The position numbers and the translations under genes were made by a program. DNA of 61,055 nt, filler included. It is 7 parts of 7 records of this genome, joined end to end, with 100 filler letters (N's around TTAATTAATTAA, not from the genome) between each part and the next. Parts side by side here need not be neighbours in the genome. Positions count along the whole stretch, not along the records: positions 15,408 to 28,342 come from SRR31156797_44433; positions 28,443 to 37,236 come from SRR31156797_44446; 5 more parts are not named here. The stretch is one strand, 5' to 3'. Position 1 is the stretch's first letter; every line of letters begins with the position of its first letter. This document shows positions 19,623-28,648 of this stretch, piece by piece. Below the pieces are notes generated by a model. The model saw only the letters and a program-made list of their open reading frames with translations. It ran no database searches and was not told where the DNA came from.

Positions 19623-21266
19623 TTGTACGGGATCGCATTGGACCTTGGAACTAGTGGATTTAGGTTGCAGCTTCTAAACCTCAAGAATAAAAGCGCTATA
19701 AGAACAGTAATGACAATGAGACATCCACTTCCGGGGGGAAATGTGATCGATCACCTGGGTTTTGCGATCCAGGCGGGTGAGGATACTGCAAATAAGATAA
19801 TGACCCACACTATCCACAGGATGCTCAATGAACTGCATATTCCTCTGGATATGATCACCAGGATAGCTGTCTGTGGAAATCCCATACAGTTATCCCTGTT
19901 CCAGAATATCGAGATAAGGGATCTTGCCTATGCCGGTAAGAACATGCAGAAAAGGCTTGGTATCGGTGAAGTAAAAAGAGGTCTTAAGATCCATAGAGGC
20001 AGTGAGATCTTTGGTTTTGGTTCAGGTCTGGATGAGTGTGAGATCATTGTGCTTCCATCAATCGAGCATGAGATAGGTGCCGATGCCCTTGCAATGATGG
20101 TCAAGACGGATTTCATCAATAAGGAAGATGTTGCTATTGTCACAGATTACGGAACCAATGCCGAGATGGCACTGAAAGTTGGTGATCGTATAGTCACGTG
20201 CAGTGCTGCAGCAGGCCCTTCCATAGAAGGGCAGGGTATTAAATGCGGCATGCTTGCCAGTCCCGGAGCTATTTCTGATGTGAATATCGAGGAAGGTTTC
20301 TGGCGTATGACCGTTCTGGACCAAGATATGAAACCCGGGAAGGGTGACCTTATCGATCCGGAAACAGGTGTTATTGTTGAGGATGGAGAAGTACGTGCCC
20401 GAGGTATCACAGGAACCGGTGTTATCTCAGCTATCTCACTTGCCATCAACACGGGTCTGATAAAGAACCTTCCTGAACTTCCAAAGGGAAGACTAATTCT
20501 TGGAGAGACTGTCTTCCTTACAGACGAGGACATTGCCGAAGCAGGAAAAGCAATTGGTGCCATCAGAGCGGCTCATCTTACTTTGCTTATCGAATCCGGA
20601 GTGAAGTATGAGGACCTGAAGTACATGTACATGTCAGGTGCATCAGGTACATATGTTGATGCTGAGAAGGGAAGAAAGATCGGACTTGCTCCGGTATTCT
20701 CAAAGAACATAGTGCAGTTCGGTAATACATCATTGGAACTTGCAAAGGATGTTGTTCTTGGGAACTTCGAGCTGGAAGAGATAGTTGAGCTTGCTGACAG
20801 GATAAAGGCAGACCATATCATGCTTGCTTCTAATGAGACATTCAAGAATATCTATACGTGTGAGCTGGCCTACTGGACCGAGGGGATGCAGACTGAGATG
20901 TACAATCATTTTCTTGAGGCCAATGGTCTGCCAGGACTGCCTGAGGTCACAGGGGTCCCTTTGATCGAGCAGAGGGTCAGCAAAGATATCGACGACACCG
21001 GCTATCAGGGTCTGAAGATCCTAAAGGACCTGGATATGATCATTGAAGAGGAGTCCAGCGGATGCATGCAGTGTAAGATGTGTGAACGTGAATGTCCTGA
21101 AAAGGCGATACAGGTGGTCCCTAAGGAAGGACAGGTATTTGTGGACTATACAGCTCACCTGTGTCTTGGAATGAGCTGCAAGAGATGTGTTGGTGTCTGT
21201 CCTGTGAAGGCCATCAACTACAGGGAGATGAGACCACTGTCCACAGGGAACATGCCTGTGGTATGA
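19623..21266 (+). CDS. ramA: Corrinoid protein reductive activase, RamA family (ASKHA ATPase + C-terminal 2x[4Fe-4S])
   Basis: IALDLGTSG, TDYGTNAEM, SAAAGP, GASGTYVD; CMQCKMC..ECP and CLG.SCKRCVGVCP; TTG start with GGAGG RBS; paralog (RamA/M/S) not resolved. Confidence 0.9.
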   Translation: MYGIALDLGTSGFRLQLLNLKNKSAIRTVMTMRHPLPGGNVIDHLGFAIQAGEDTANKIMTHTIHRMLNELHIPLDMITRIAVCGNPIQLSLFQNIEIRDLAYAGKNMQKRLGIGEVKRGLKIHRGSEIFGFGSGLDECEIIVLPSIEHEIGADALAMMVKTDFINKEDVAIVTDYGTNAEMALKVGDRIVTCSAAAGPSIEGQGIKCGMLASPGAISDVNIEEGFWRMTVLDQDMKPGKGDLIDPETGVIVEDGEVRARGITGTGVISAISLAINTGLIKNLPELPKGRLILGETVFLTDEDIAEAGKAIGAIRAAHLTLLIESGVKYEDLKYMYMSGASGTYVDAEKGRKIGLAPVFSKNIVQFGNTSLELAKDVVLGNFELEEIVELADRIKADHIMLASNETFKNIYTCELAYWTEGMQTEMYNHFLEANGLPGLPEVTGVPLIEQRVSKDIDDTGYQGLKILKDLDMIIEEESSGCMQCKMCERECPEKAIQVVPKEGQVFVDYTAHLCLGMSCKRCVGVCPVKAINYREMRPLSTGNMPVV

Positions 21267-21371
21267 TCCTTTTATCTTTCTATTATAGCTCCAAAGTTCA
21301 GCAGTATTTCAGCATCTTAGTTTCATTTGAGAGAAAAGGAATTGAGAAATCAATATCATCGTGGTAAAAAT

Positions 21372-23873
21372 ATGAGCTTGCAATCGTATCCGGATATCAA
21401 TATGGAATCAGTGATCAATAATAGTCCTGTTATTGTGATCTCAAGGAAGGTCGGGAAAGGTCTTCCGGTGAAGTATATTTCCGATAACATCAAGAAATTT
21501 GGTTATACGCCTGAGGAACTGTGTTCCGGCAAGGTGGGATTTGCCGATCTTATTCATCCTGATGATCGGAAAGCTGTCATGAAGGCATTTAAGTACCTTA
21601 ATAAGCAGTTATCTGAGTTCATTCAGGAATACAGGGTCATAAGCCGGTTTGGAGAGGTACGATATGTCGAGGATCGTGTTCGTATAAAGGCCTATGACAA
21701 AGAGAACGTTCATCTTGAAGGCACTATCACCGACATCACGGAGCGTAAGCACCACCAGATGATAGTTCATCAGCAGAACAACCATGGAAGGAAGGTACTT
21801 ACTGAGATCTCCCTTGAGGATGTTCTGGGACTTCTGGTTACCAATGCAGAAAGGATACGTGAGGGTTTGACATGTGCTGTCATGTTGCTGGACAAACAGC
21901 ACAAGCATATCTGTCGCGTGATCAGCCCGACTCTTCCTTTCTTTTTCAAAGAGGGTTTAGAGGGGCTTGAAATAGGGTACGGTGTCTGTTCAGGAGGAAC
22001 CGCACTCTATATGGGTGAAAGGGTGATAGTTGAGAATATAGAGACACATCCATATTGGGCAATGCACAGGGAACTTGCAAAGGAGGCAGGTCTTAAGGCC
22101 AGCTGGGCAGAGCTTATAACCGCTTCAACCGGTGAGATACTTGGTGTTTTCCTGATGTATTTCAATTTTCCAAACGCACCAAAAAAGACATGCTATGAGT
22201 ACCTGAAAGCCAATGCAGATCTTGCAGCAATAGAGATCGAGCACAGGATAGCGAACGAGACCTTCAGAGAATCCGATCACAGGTTCAAGACCGTCTTCAA
22301 CAACATCAATGATCAGATCTATGTTAGTGAACTGAACGGTAATCTCATTGATGTGAACAAAGTGGTTATTGACAGCTTGGGTTATTCAAAAGACCATATT
22401 CTGAAGTCATCGCCTATGGACATTGTCCCTTCCTGGTACGTGCAGCGTGCATCTGAACTTATCAAGATCATCGAAAGGGACCATCAGGTAATGTATGAGG
22501 CCGCCGCGATCTGCAAGGATGGTTCTGTCATACCTCTGGAGATCAATGCAAGGATGATCAACTACAATGGCAAGAAGACGATACTTTCCGTTGCACGTGA
22601 TATATCCGAGCGTAAGAAGGCTGAGAAGGCCAAAAAACTGAATGAATCCAGACAGGAAGCGCTTATCAGGTTAAATGAGATGACGGCATCCTCTCTGGAT
22701 GAGATCGCTGAGTTCGTTAAGGAAGAAGCTGTCAGGCTTACTGAGAGCAAACTTGGTTATCTTGCATTTATGAATGCTGATGAAACAGATCTTATCATGC
22801 ATTCCTGGTCAAAAGATGCTATGACTGAGTGTAACGTAAGTGACAGACAATTCATCTATCCTGTAAAGACCACAGGACTCTGGGGTGAGGCCGTCAAGCA
22901 AAGAAAGGCCATCATCACTAACGATTATACGGCCCCTAACTCATTGAAGAAGGGTTATCCAGAGGGACATGTCAAATTGATAAGACACATGAATGTCCCG
23001 ATATTCGATGGGGATCATATTGTTGCTGTTGTGGGCGTGGGCAACAAGGAAGAGGATTATGAAGAATCCGATGTCCAGCAGCTCACGCTCCTGATGCAGG
23101 GCATGTGGAAGATCATCCAGAGGAAACAGTTGAAGGGTGCTTTGCGTAAATATTCCGAGGAATTGTCAAAGGCAAATACAAAGCTCAGGTCTGTGAATAT
23201 GATGAGGGATGAGTTCCTTGAGGATAATATGAAGAACGATGATGACCTTATACATGGTTTCGATGTGCTTGACGATGAGGCGCTTCACCTGTTAGATGGT
23301 TCCCAGAAGGAAGCTATCTCCACATTGCTGAACAACTCGGAAAGACTGAAGCTCCTTATCGATGCGGTACTCTATAGTGACCTTCAGCAGTCTGGAAAGA
23401 TAGAGTACTCCTTTGAACCTGTAAGTCTGGGTACTGTCCTTTCGGATGTATTACTGAACCAGATCCTTCTGATTGATGAGAAACATCTTGCTCTGGAAAA
23501 GAATATTCCTACAGGTCTCCCGCCTGTGAAAGGTGACAGGGAGAAACTGACCGAGATGTTCGTCTACCTTATACACAATGCCATCAATCTCACACCCAGG
23601 GATGATTGCATAGGTGTGAATGTCTGTGAAGAGAACGGGTATCTGCATGTAACAATAAGGGATAATGGTGAGGGTCTAGACCAGGAACTGATACCACGTC
23701 TGTTTTACAAGATGTATCAGGCAGATGATTCTATAGCAAGGATGTTCCAGGGATTCGAATCAAGTCTCTATATCTGTAAAGATACCGTGGCTGCCCATCA
23801 GGGGAGCATATGGATAGAGAGTGAGATAGGACAGGGTAGTTCTTTCCATGTGAAGATCCCTAAATGGAATTAG
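21372..23873 (+). CDS. PAS-GAF-PAS-GAF-HATPase sensor, MsmS/RdmS-like, lacking the canonical H-box
   Basis: IHPDD/DITERK PAS, two GAF domains, HATPase with LIHNA and DNGEG; no SHELRTP. Confidence 0.85.
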   Translation: MSLQSYPDINMESVINNSPVIVISRKVGKGLPVKYISDNIKKFGYTPEELCSGKVGFADLIHPDDRKAVMKAFKYLNKQLSEFIQEYRVISRFGEVRYVEDRVRIKAYDKENVHLEGTITDITERKHHQMIVHQQNNHGRKVLTEISLEDVLGLLVTNAERIREGLTCAVMLLDKQHKHICRVISPTLPFFFKEGLEGLEIGYGVCSGGTALYMGERVIVENIETHPYWAMHRELAKEAGLKASWAELITASTGEILGVFLMYFNFPNAPKKTCYEYLKANADLAAIEIEHRIANETFRESDHRFKTVFNNINDQIYVSELNGNLIDVNKVVIDSLGYSKDHILKSSPMDIVPSWYVQRASELIKIIERDHQVMYEAAAICKDGSVIPLEINARMINYNGKKTILSVARDISERKKAEKAKKLNESRQEALIRLNEMTASSLDEIAEFVKEEAVRLTESKLGYLAFMNADETDLIMHSWSKDAMTECNVSDRQFIYPVKTTGLWGEAVKQRKAIITNDYTAPNSLKKGYPEGHVKLIRHMNVPIFDGDHIVAVVGVGNKEEDYEESDVQQLTLLMQGMWKIIQRKQLKGALRKYSEELSKANTKLRSVNMMRDEFLEDNMKNDDDLIHGFDVLDDEALHLLDGSQKEAISTLLNNSERLKLLIDAVLYSDLQQSGKIEYSFEPVSLGTVLSDVLLNQILLIDEKHLALEKNIPTGLPPVKGDREKLTEMFVYLIHNAINLTPRDDCIGVNVCEENGYLHVTIRDNGEGLDQELIPRLFYKMYQADDSIARMFQGFESSLYICKDTVAAHQGSIWIESEIGQGSSFHVKIPKWN

Positions 23874-23949
23874 ACAGGGCTGTAGAGCTATATCATGTCT
23901 GACAGAACCTTAGCATCTTTTTCACATGAAGTATTTTCGTTTAAAAAAG

Positions 23950-24948
23950 CTACCTGTAAACCAAATTTAAAAGCTTCAGTGGATCCTTGCTTTTCCTGAA
24001 CAGGTGATAAGCCAGTGGATATGCAAGAGGTCCAAGCATTTCAAAGAGCTTCCTGTTCCTTTTTGAGTGTTTAAGTTTCTGATGGAGATTCTCCCTTATC
24101 AGATTATTATAGGACTCTCCGGTCATGATACTCTGAGCAGCGAAGTTTGCACTCTGAAATGCATATCTCATGCCAAATCCCCAGAGATAGTCCTGTAATC
24201 CGCCTGCCTCTCCTATGAGCATTGCACCGTTCTCATTGTAAAGGGTTTTTCGAACCTCAAAGTATCCATAACCTCCGAACTTGTGTCCTGATCTTATGTC
24301 TTCAAGGTCAATGTATTCTGAGAAATGGTCAATACTATTACGAAGGAAGCTCTCAGAATCATGAACACCTTTATTGTCAAATACTGTTGCGATGGTTCCT
24401 TCCCCGTCCTTTATGAGCAAATATGAGTAGAATCCTTTTGCGATATCACTTCCCAAGGCCATATGATAGGCATCAGGTCTTTGTGTAGTGAATTTGATAC
24501 CTTTTGCAAGCATATTTCCTTTTTTAGGACCTGTTGCAACAATATGGATATGAATGTCCTCTTTAGGTATCGTTCTGTAATGGATGTTTACTCCAAGGTC
24601 TTTTGCCTGTTCCAGCAGGCAGTTATCAAGGCAATCACTATCTGTACCACGTTTCACCATATAACAGGCATTGCCGTCTCTTAGGGTGCACATTTTGTCA
24701 GAATAGTGCAGATCTAGTTTACAGACAGGTACACATTTAAAAGACAGATCAATACCATAGGATCTTATCTCTTCAAGTACATCAGTTTTTTCTGACCAGT
24801 TCTCTATTGCCTGCCAGTCAGTGCTGAACCTTGTACCGGTGTTCTTCTTTTTTTCGTAGATATTGACATTATATCCGTTCTTCCGGAGAATTATTGCGCA
24901 TGCAAGCCCGCTTATTCCAGCTCCAAGGATATTAATCTCTCTACTCAT
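23950..24948 (-). CDS. FAD-dependent oxidoreductase, geranylgeranyl-reductase-like
   Basis: GAGISG dinucleotide-binding motif; LIGEAGGLQD..WGFGM. Confidence 0.83.
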   Translation of the reverse strand: MSREINILGAGISGLACAIILRKNGYNVNIYEKKKNTGTRFSTDWQAIENWSEKTDVLEEIRSYGIDLSFKCVPVCKLDLHYSDKMCTLRDGNACYMVKRGTDSDCLDNCLLEQAKDLGVNIHYRTIPKEDIHIHIVATGPKKGNMLAKGIKFTTQRPDAYHMALGSDIAKGFYSYLLIKDGEGTIATVFDNKGVHDSESFLRNSIDHFSEYIDLEDIRSGHKFGGYGYFEVRKTLYNENGAMLIGEAGGLQDYLWGFGMRYAFQSANFAAQSIMTGESYNNLIRENLHQKLKHSKRNRKLFEMLGPLAYPLAYHLFRKSKDPLKLLNLVYR

Positions 24949-25138
24949 TCTAACACCTGTACAACAGTAATCTATAGTTAATGACTGATGATGATTTTTG
25001 CATATTATGATATAGATACTTAAAAAGATTTTGTTTAAGTATTTTTTAACTTTCGGTCTCTTGTCCCTGCTATATTAGAATACTCTGTTAATTTATATGA
25101 TTACAATTTCTGCGAGTCAATGGGTATATATACAATTA

Positions 25139-25176
25139 TTTACACAATTTCCAGTAATAACTGCAAATTGTATAAA
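25139..25176. promoter_or_regulatory. Inverted-repeat operator, probably for GbsR autoregulation
   Basis: TTTACACAATTT-C-CAGT-AATA-ACTG-C-AAATTGTATAAA between the TATA box (TATATA ~25125) and the RBS. Confidence 0.65.
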
Positions 25177-25189
25177 TTTGAGAGGTAAC

Positions 25190-25681
25190 ATGAAAGCTGC
25201 CAAAAAAGAGTTTGAAGAGCTTGTGTATCAGGGAATGAAATCCTATGGCCTGGATGAGCTCTCATCCAGACTGCTTGCAATACTCTATTCTGAACCGGAG
25301 TCGTTAACTCTGGAAGATTTGTCTGAAATTACCGGATACAGCTTTTCAGCTATCAGCGCATCGATGAAATTTCTTTCAGGAGTAAGTCTTGTCGATAAAA
25401 CAAAGAAAGCAGGTTCTAAAAAGTTATACTTCTCAGTCCAGAGAGATATGCTGGCAATGTCTGTTACTGCAATAAAGGCCAAAAATGAATGCATGGTTGT
25501 TCCGGCACTTGAGCGTCTTCCCACTATAATAGAGAGATGTCAGAACAGTGGTGATGAGGGTGCCGGAGAAACAGTCAAACTAATGGAACAGTATTATCAA
25601 CAAATGCTTGCATCGGACTTTATTTTCAAGAATCTTCTTGAATTGGTAGACAAGGCTCAAAGGGAGATGAATAAGAAATGA
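25190..25681 (+). CDS. GbsR/MarR-family transcription regulator
   Basis: YGLDELSSRLLAILY.EPE.LTLEDL...TGYS.S.IS wHTH, GSKKLYF wing; GAGGT RBS. Confidence 0.85.
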   Translation: MKAAKKEFEELVYQGMKSYGLDELSSRLLAILYSEPESLTLEDLSEITGYSFSAISASMKFLSGVSLVDKTKKAGSKKLYFSVQRDMLAMSVTAIKAKNECMVVPALERLPTIIERCQNSGDEGAGETVKLMEQYYQQMLASDFIFKNLLELVDKAQREMNKK

Positions 25682-26907
25682 ATCAAAATAGCAGACTAAC
25701 AGGTCTGTTTATATTAGCATTGATCATTGTTTTTATAGGAGTTCCTGCTGTCCAGGCGGAATCTTCAGGTGATGAATGTTTAAGGGCAGTGATTGAAGAC
25801 ATAAGCCCCAGTTCAGTAGGTATGGATGAGGAATTCACAGTAGGTATCAGTCTTGAGAACTGTGGTACTCAGGTTCCTGAGGATATCACATTTGAGATAT
25901 TCAGTATTCCTCCTGACATTATAGTCACAGAGGACCTTGTAGCTTATATTCCTCAATTTGTGTATAAAGACAGTGAGAGACAGTTGAGATATCATATGAG
26001 AACAACCCCTGATGCCACACCTGGTTCTCATCTTATCAAAATGAAATTGACATACGGAACAGGGGATATACAGAGGACTGCATACTATGAGCTTGAAGTG
26101 ATAGTTACAGGTGAACACGCCGAACCCCGTATCTCTTCTGTCAGTACCGACCCTGAGTATATCTATGCAGGAGACACGGTGGACCTTGATCTTGAGATCA
26201 AGAACTTCGGTGACTCGATTGCCAAGTCCGTAGAGGTCAAGCTGGACCATGATTTCAAGGGTATCACAGGTTCTACTCTTGGTGCACTTGCAGCAAATGA
26301 CACTCAAACGGCATTGTTCAAGTTCAAGGCCAACAACTCAGGAACCTTTGAGATACCTGTGATCATAGAATATGAAGATGATTATGGTGTCCAGAAAGAT
26401 GAATATGACATTCAGATAACCGTACTTGATAAAAAAGGAAGTCTGAACCTTGCATCAGTAAAGGTCGATCCGGTCCTTCCATATATGGATGATACTGTGG
26501 AACTGACCATGAGGGTTGAGAACTCCGGTGACAGAACCATTAACTCAATACGTGTCTATGCTGATCACCCGTTCCAGGGATTGAAAGAATCTTTCATCGG
26601 AACACTTGATCCTGATGAGGATGGACCTGCCGTCATCACTTTTGTAGCAGATCAGGCAGGAGAGTTCGAGATCCCGGTGAACATCACGTATATCGATGAT
26701 TTCGGAGAGGAACAGGTTGAAACCAATATCAATATCATAGTCATGGAAAGGAATAAAGGGGCAGGGACGGTTATTATTGTATTGCTTCTTCTGGCAGTCA
26801 TCGGCGGGCTGGCCTATACTAACTATAGAACTAAAAGATCTAAGGACGAGATCATCAAACAGCTAATGGAAGGCGACAGCAACCCTGCTGAGGACACAGA
26901 AGAATAG
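25678..26907 (+). CDS. COG1361-like S-layer/Ig-repeat cell-surface protein
   Basis: Signal peptide, three repeated Ig-like units (xNxG...IPV.I.Y.DD.G), C-terminal TM anchor; ATGA overlap. Confidence 0.8.
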   Translation: MNQNSRLTGLFILALIIVFIGVPAVQAESSGDECLRAVIEDISPSSVGMDEEFTVGISLENCGTQVPEDITFEIFSIPPDIIVTEDLVAYIPQFVYKDSERQLRYHMRTTPDATPGSHLIKMKLTYGTGDIQRTAYYELEVIVTGEHAEPRISSVSTDPEYIYAGDTVDLDLEIKNFGDSIAKSVEVKLDHDFKGITGSTLGALAANDTQTALFKFKANNSGTFEIPVIIEYEDDYGVQKDEYDIQITVLDKKGSLNLASVKVDPVLPYMDDTVELTMRVENSGDRTINSIRVYADHPFQGLKESFIGTLDPDEDGPAVITFVADQAGEFEIPVNITYIDDFGEEQVETNINIIVMERNKGAGTVIIVLLLLAVIGGLAYTNYRTKRSKDEIIKQLMEGDSNPAEDTEE

Positions 26908-26909
26908 AG

Positions 26910-28130
26910 GTGTCCGGTATGATAGATGATATCAGGGTTGGTGCTCTCATTGCAGGCAGCAGCATAAAGAGAGGGAACAAAAAGACACTTTTATTCATCG
27001 TCTTTGTTCTTTCTCTCATTTTTATGAACCTGGTGTTCCTCCCATCAATGATAGGAGGAATGATGGTCCTGTTCACTGGTTTCATGCAGGACTATCCCTA
27101 CGGGGATATTGTGATCGAACCTACAGGTGATAATAGTTACATCAACAACGCCGATAACGTCCTGCAGAAGGTCCGGGCTGTAGAAGGAGTTAGGGCTGCA
27201 ACTAAGAGGCTGGATGTGGGAGCATCGATTGAGCACAAACAGAACGTTGTGGGGGTGACTGTGACAGGTATGGCTCCCATGGAAGAGTATGAGATCTCAC
27301 GATACCCGTACATAATAGTAGAAGGAGATTTTCTGAGTGACCTTTCCCGGGATGAGATTATCATCGGTTCTATAATCTCGGGTACAAGCACAACGTTTGG
27401 TGAGATATATGATGATCTGGGTGAGGTCAGAGCGGGATCACTTGTTGATGTAACTTACAGCAACGGGGTGAAGAGGACCTATAAGGTCAAGGGTATCATG
27501 GAAGGTACGTTTGAACTTGTAGACCTGAATGCTCTGGTCCACTATAAGGAGATCGAGGATGTTTACGGTCTTGACAAGGGCAAGGCTACTAGTGTTGTCG
27601 TGAGGATCGATGAGCAGGGAACTGAAGATGAGATGAAGGTCAAGGTCAGGGAAGCCGGTGTGAACGAGCAGGTATTTACATGGGCTGATAAATCGGAGAC
27701 TCTTATCAGGCAGGCATTGCAAAGTCTGGGCGCAATAGACACTATGTCGAAATTCGTAGGCCTGATAGTGGGTGCAGCATTGATTCTAATTATTATCTAT
27801 ATCAACATACTCAACAGGAAAAAGGAGATTGGCATCCTGAAAGCTGTGGGCATTACCCCAAGGTCTATAGTCCTGTCCTATGCATTCCTCAGTATGTTCT
27901 ATGTTTCCATTGGGATCTTCGCAGGACTGTTATTGTACCTCTCACTTATGCTCTACTTCCAGGCAAATCCTGTGATATTCTATGAGACTATGGAAATAAG
28001 GCCACAGATTGATGTGATACTGCTTATAGAGAGCATAGTTACCATGCTCAGCCTGTCGGTTATAGCCGGAACACTTCCTGCATGGAGTGTGTCAAAGGAA
28101 AGTATACTCAAAGCCATATGGGGGCGCTGA
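26910..28130 (+). CDS. ABC transporter permease (FtsX/MacB/LolE-like)
   Basis: N-terminal TM, large extracellular domain, RKKEIGILKAVG motif, three C-terminal TMs; start GTG 26910 or ATG 26919. Confidence 0.88.
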   Translation: MSGMIDDIRVGALIAGSSIKRGNKKTLLFIVFVLSLIFMNLVFLPSMIGGMMVLFTGFMQDYPYGDIVIEPTGDNSYINNADNVLQKVRAVEGVRAATKRLDVGASIEHKQNVVGVTVTGMAPMEEYEISRYPYIIVEGDFLSDLSRDEIIIGSIISGTSTTFGEIYDDLGEVRAGSLVDVTYSNGVKRTYKVKGIMEGTFELVDLNALVHYKEIEDVYGLDKGKATSVVVRIDEQGTEDEMKVKVREAGVNEQVFTWADKSETLIRQALQSLGAIDTMSKFVGLIVGAALILIIIYINILNRKKEIGILKAVGITPRSIVLSYAFLSMFYVSIGIFAGLLLYLSLMLYFQANPVIFYETMEIRPQIDVILLIESIVTMLSLSVIAGTLPAWSVSKESILKAIWGR

Positions 28131-28132
28131 AT

Positions 28133-28342
28133 ATGATCACTGTGAAGGACCTGAAAAGGTATTACGGTTCAGGGGACACGGCTGTCAAGGCTCTCAATGG
28201 TGTTTCCTTTGAGATTAAGAAAGGGGAATTTGTAGCCATAATGGGTGCCTCAGGAAGCGGAAAAACGACCCTCCTGAGGATCCTGGCACTGCTGGATGAT
28301 GCAACGGGTGGTGAATATACCATCCGTGGCCTGAAGGTTTCC
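28133..28342 (+). CDS. ABC transporter ATP-binding protein (LolD/MacB-like); 3' truncated
   Basis: Walker A GASGSGKTT. Confidence 0.88.
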
Positions 28343-28442
28343 NNNNNNNNNNNNNNNNNNNNNNNNNNNNNNNNNNNNNNNNNNNNTTAATTAATTAANN
28401 NNNNNNNNNNNNNNNNNNNNNNNNNNNNNNNNNNNNNNNNNN
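28343..28442. other. Artificial contig spacer
   Basis: 44 N + TTAATTAATTAA + 44 N. Confidence 0.99.
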
Positions 28443-28648
28443 CGTTATCCATCCGGTCGGGGGAATGGTAGAATAGCCTGTCCGGCATGACAGCCCGACC
28501 GTGGTTTCGAGGTCCATCCGGAGACGTTGCCGGCCACCGGATTTCGGCGATGTCGACGAAGCAAAGTAAGGATGGAGGGGTGACGGCAGACAGGCGACCC
28601 GAAAACCGGGCGCCGGGTTTGCGAAACGTCGCGGAGGGGAGATTATCT

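Noticed and set aside
23871..26907. TAG stops in a Methanosarcinaceae contig as possible pyrrolysine codons
   Set aside because: The proteins ending in TAG (kinase, FAD oxidoreductase, S-layer protein) look complete. Read-through hits another stop within a few codons or runs into a neighbouring gene.
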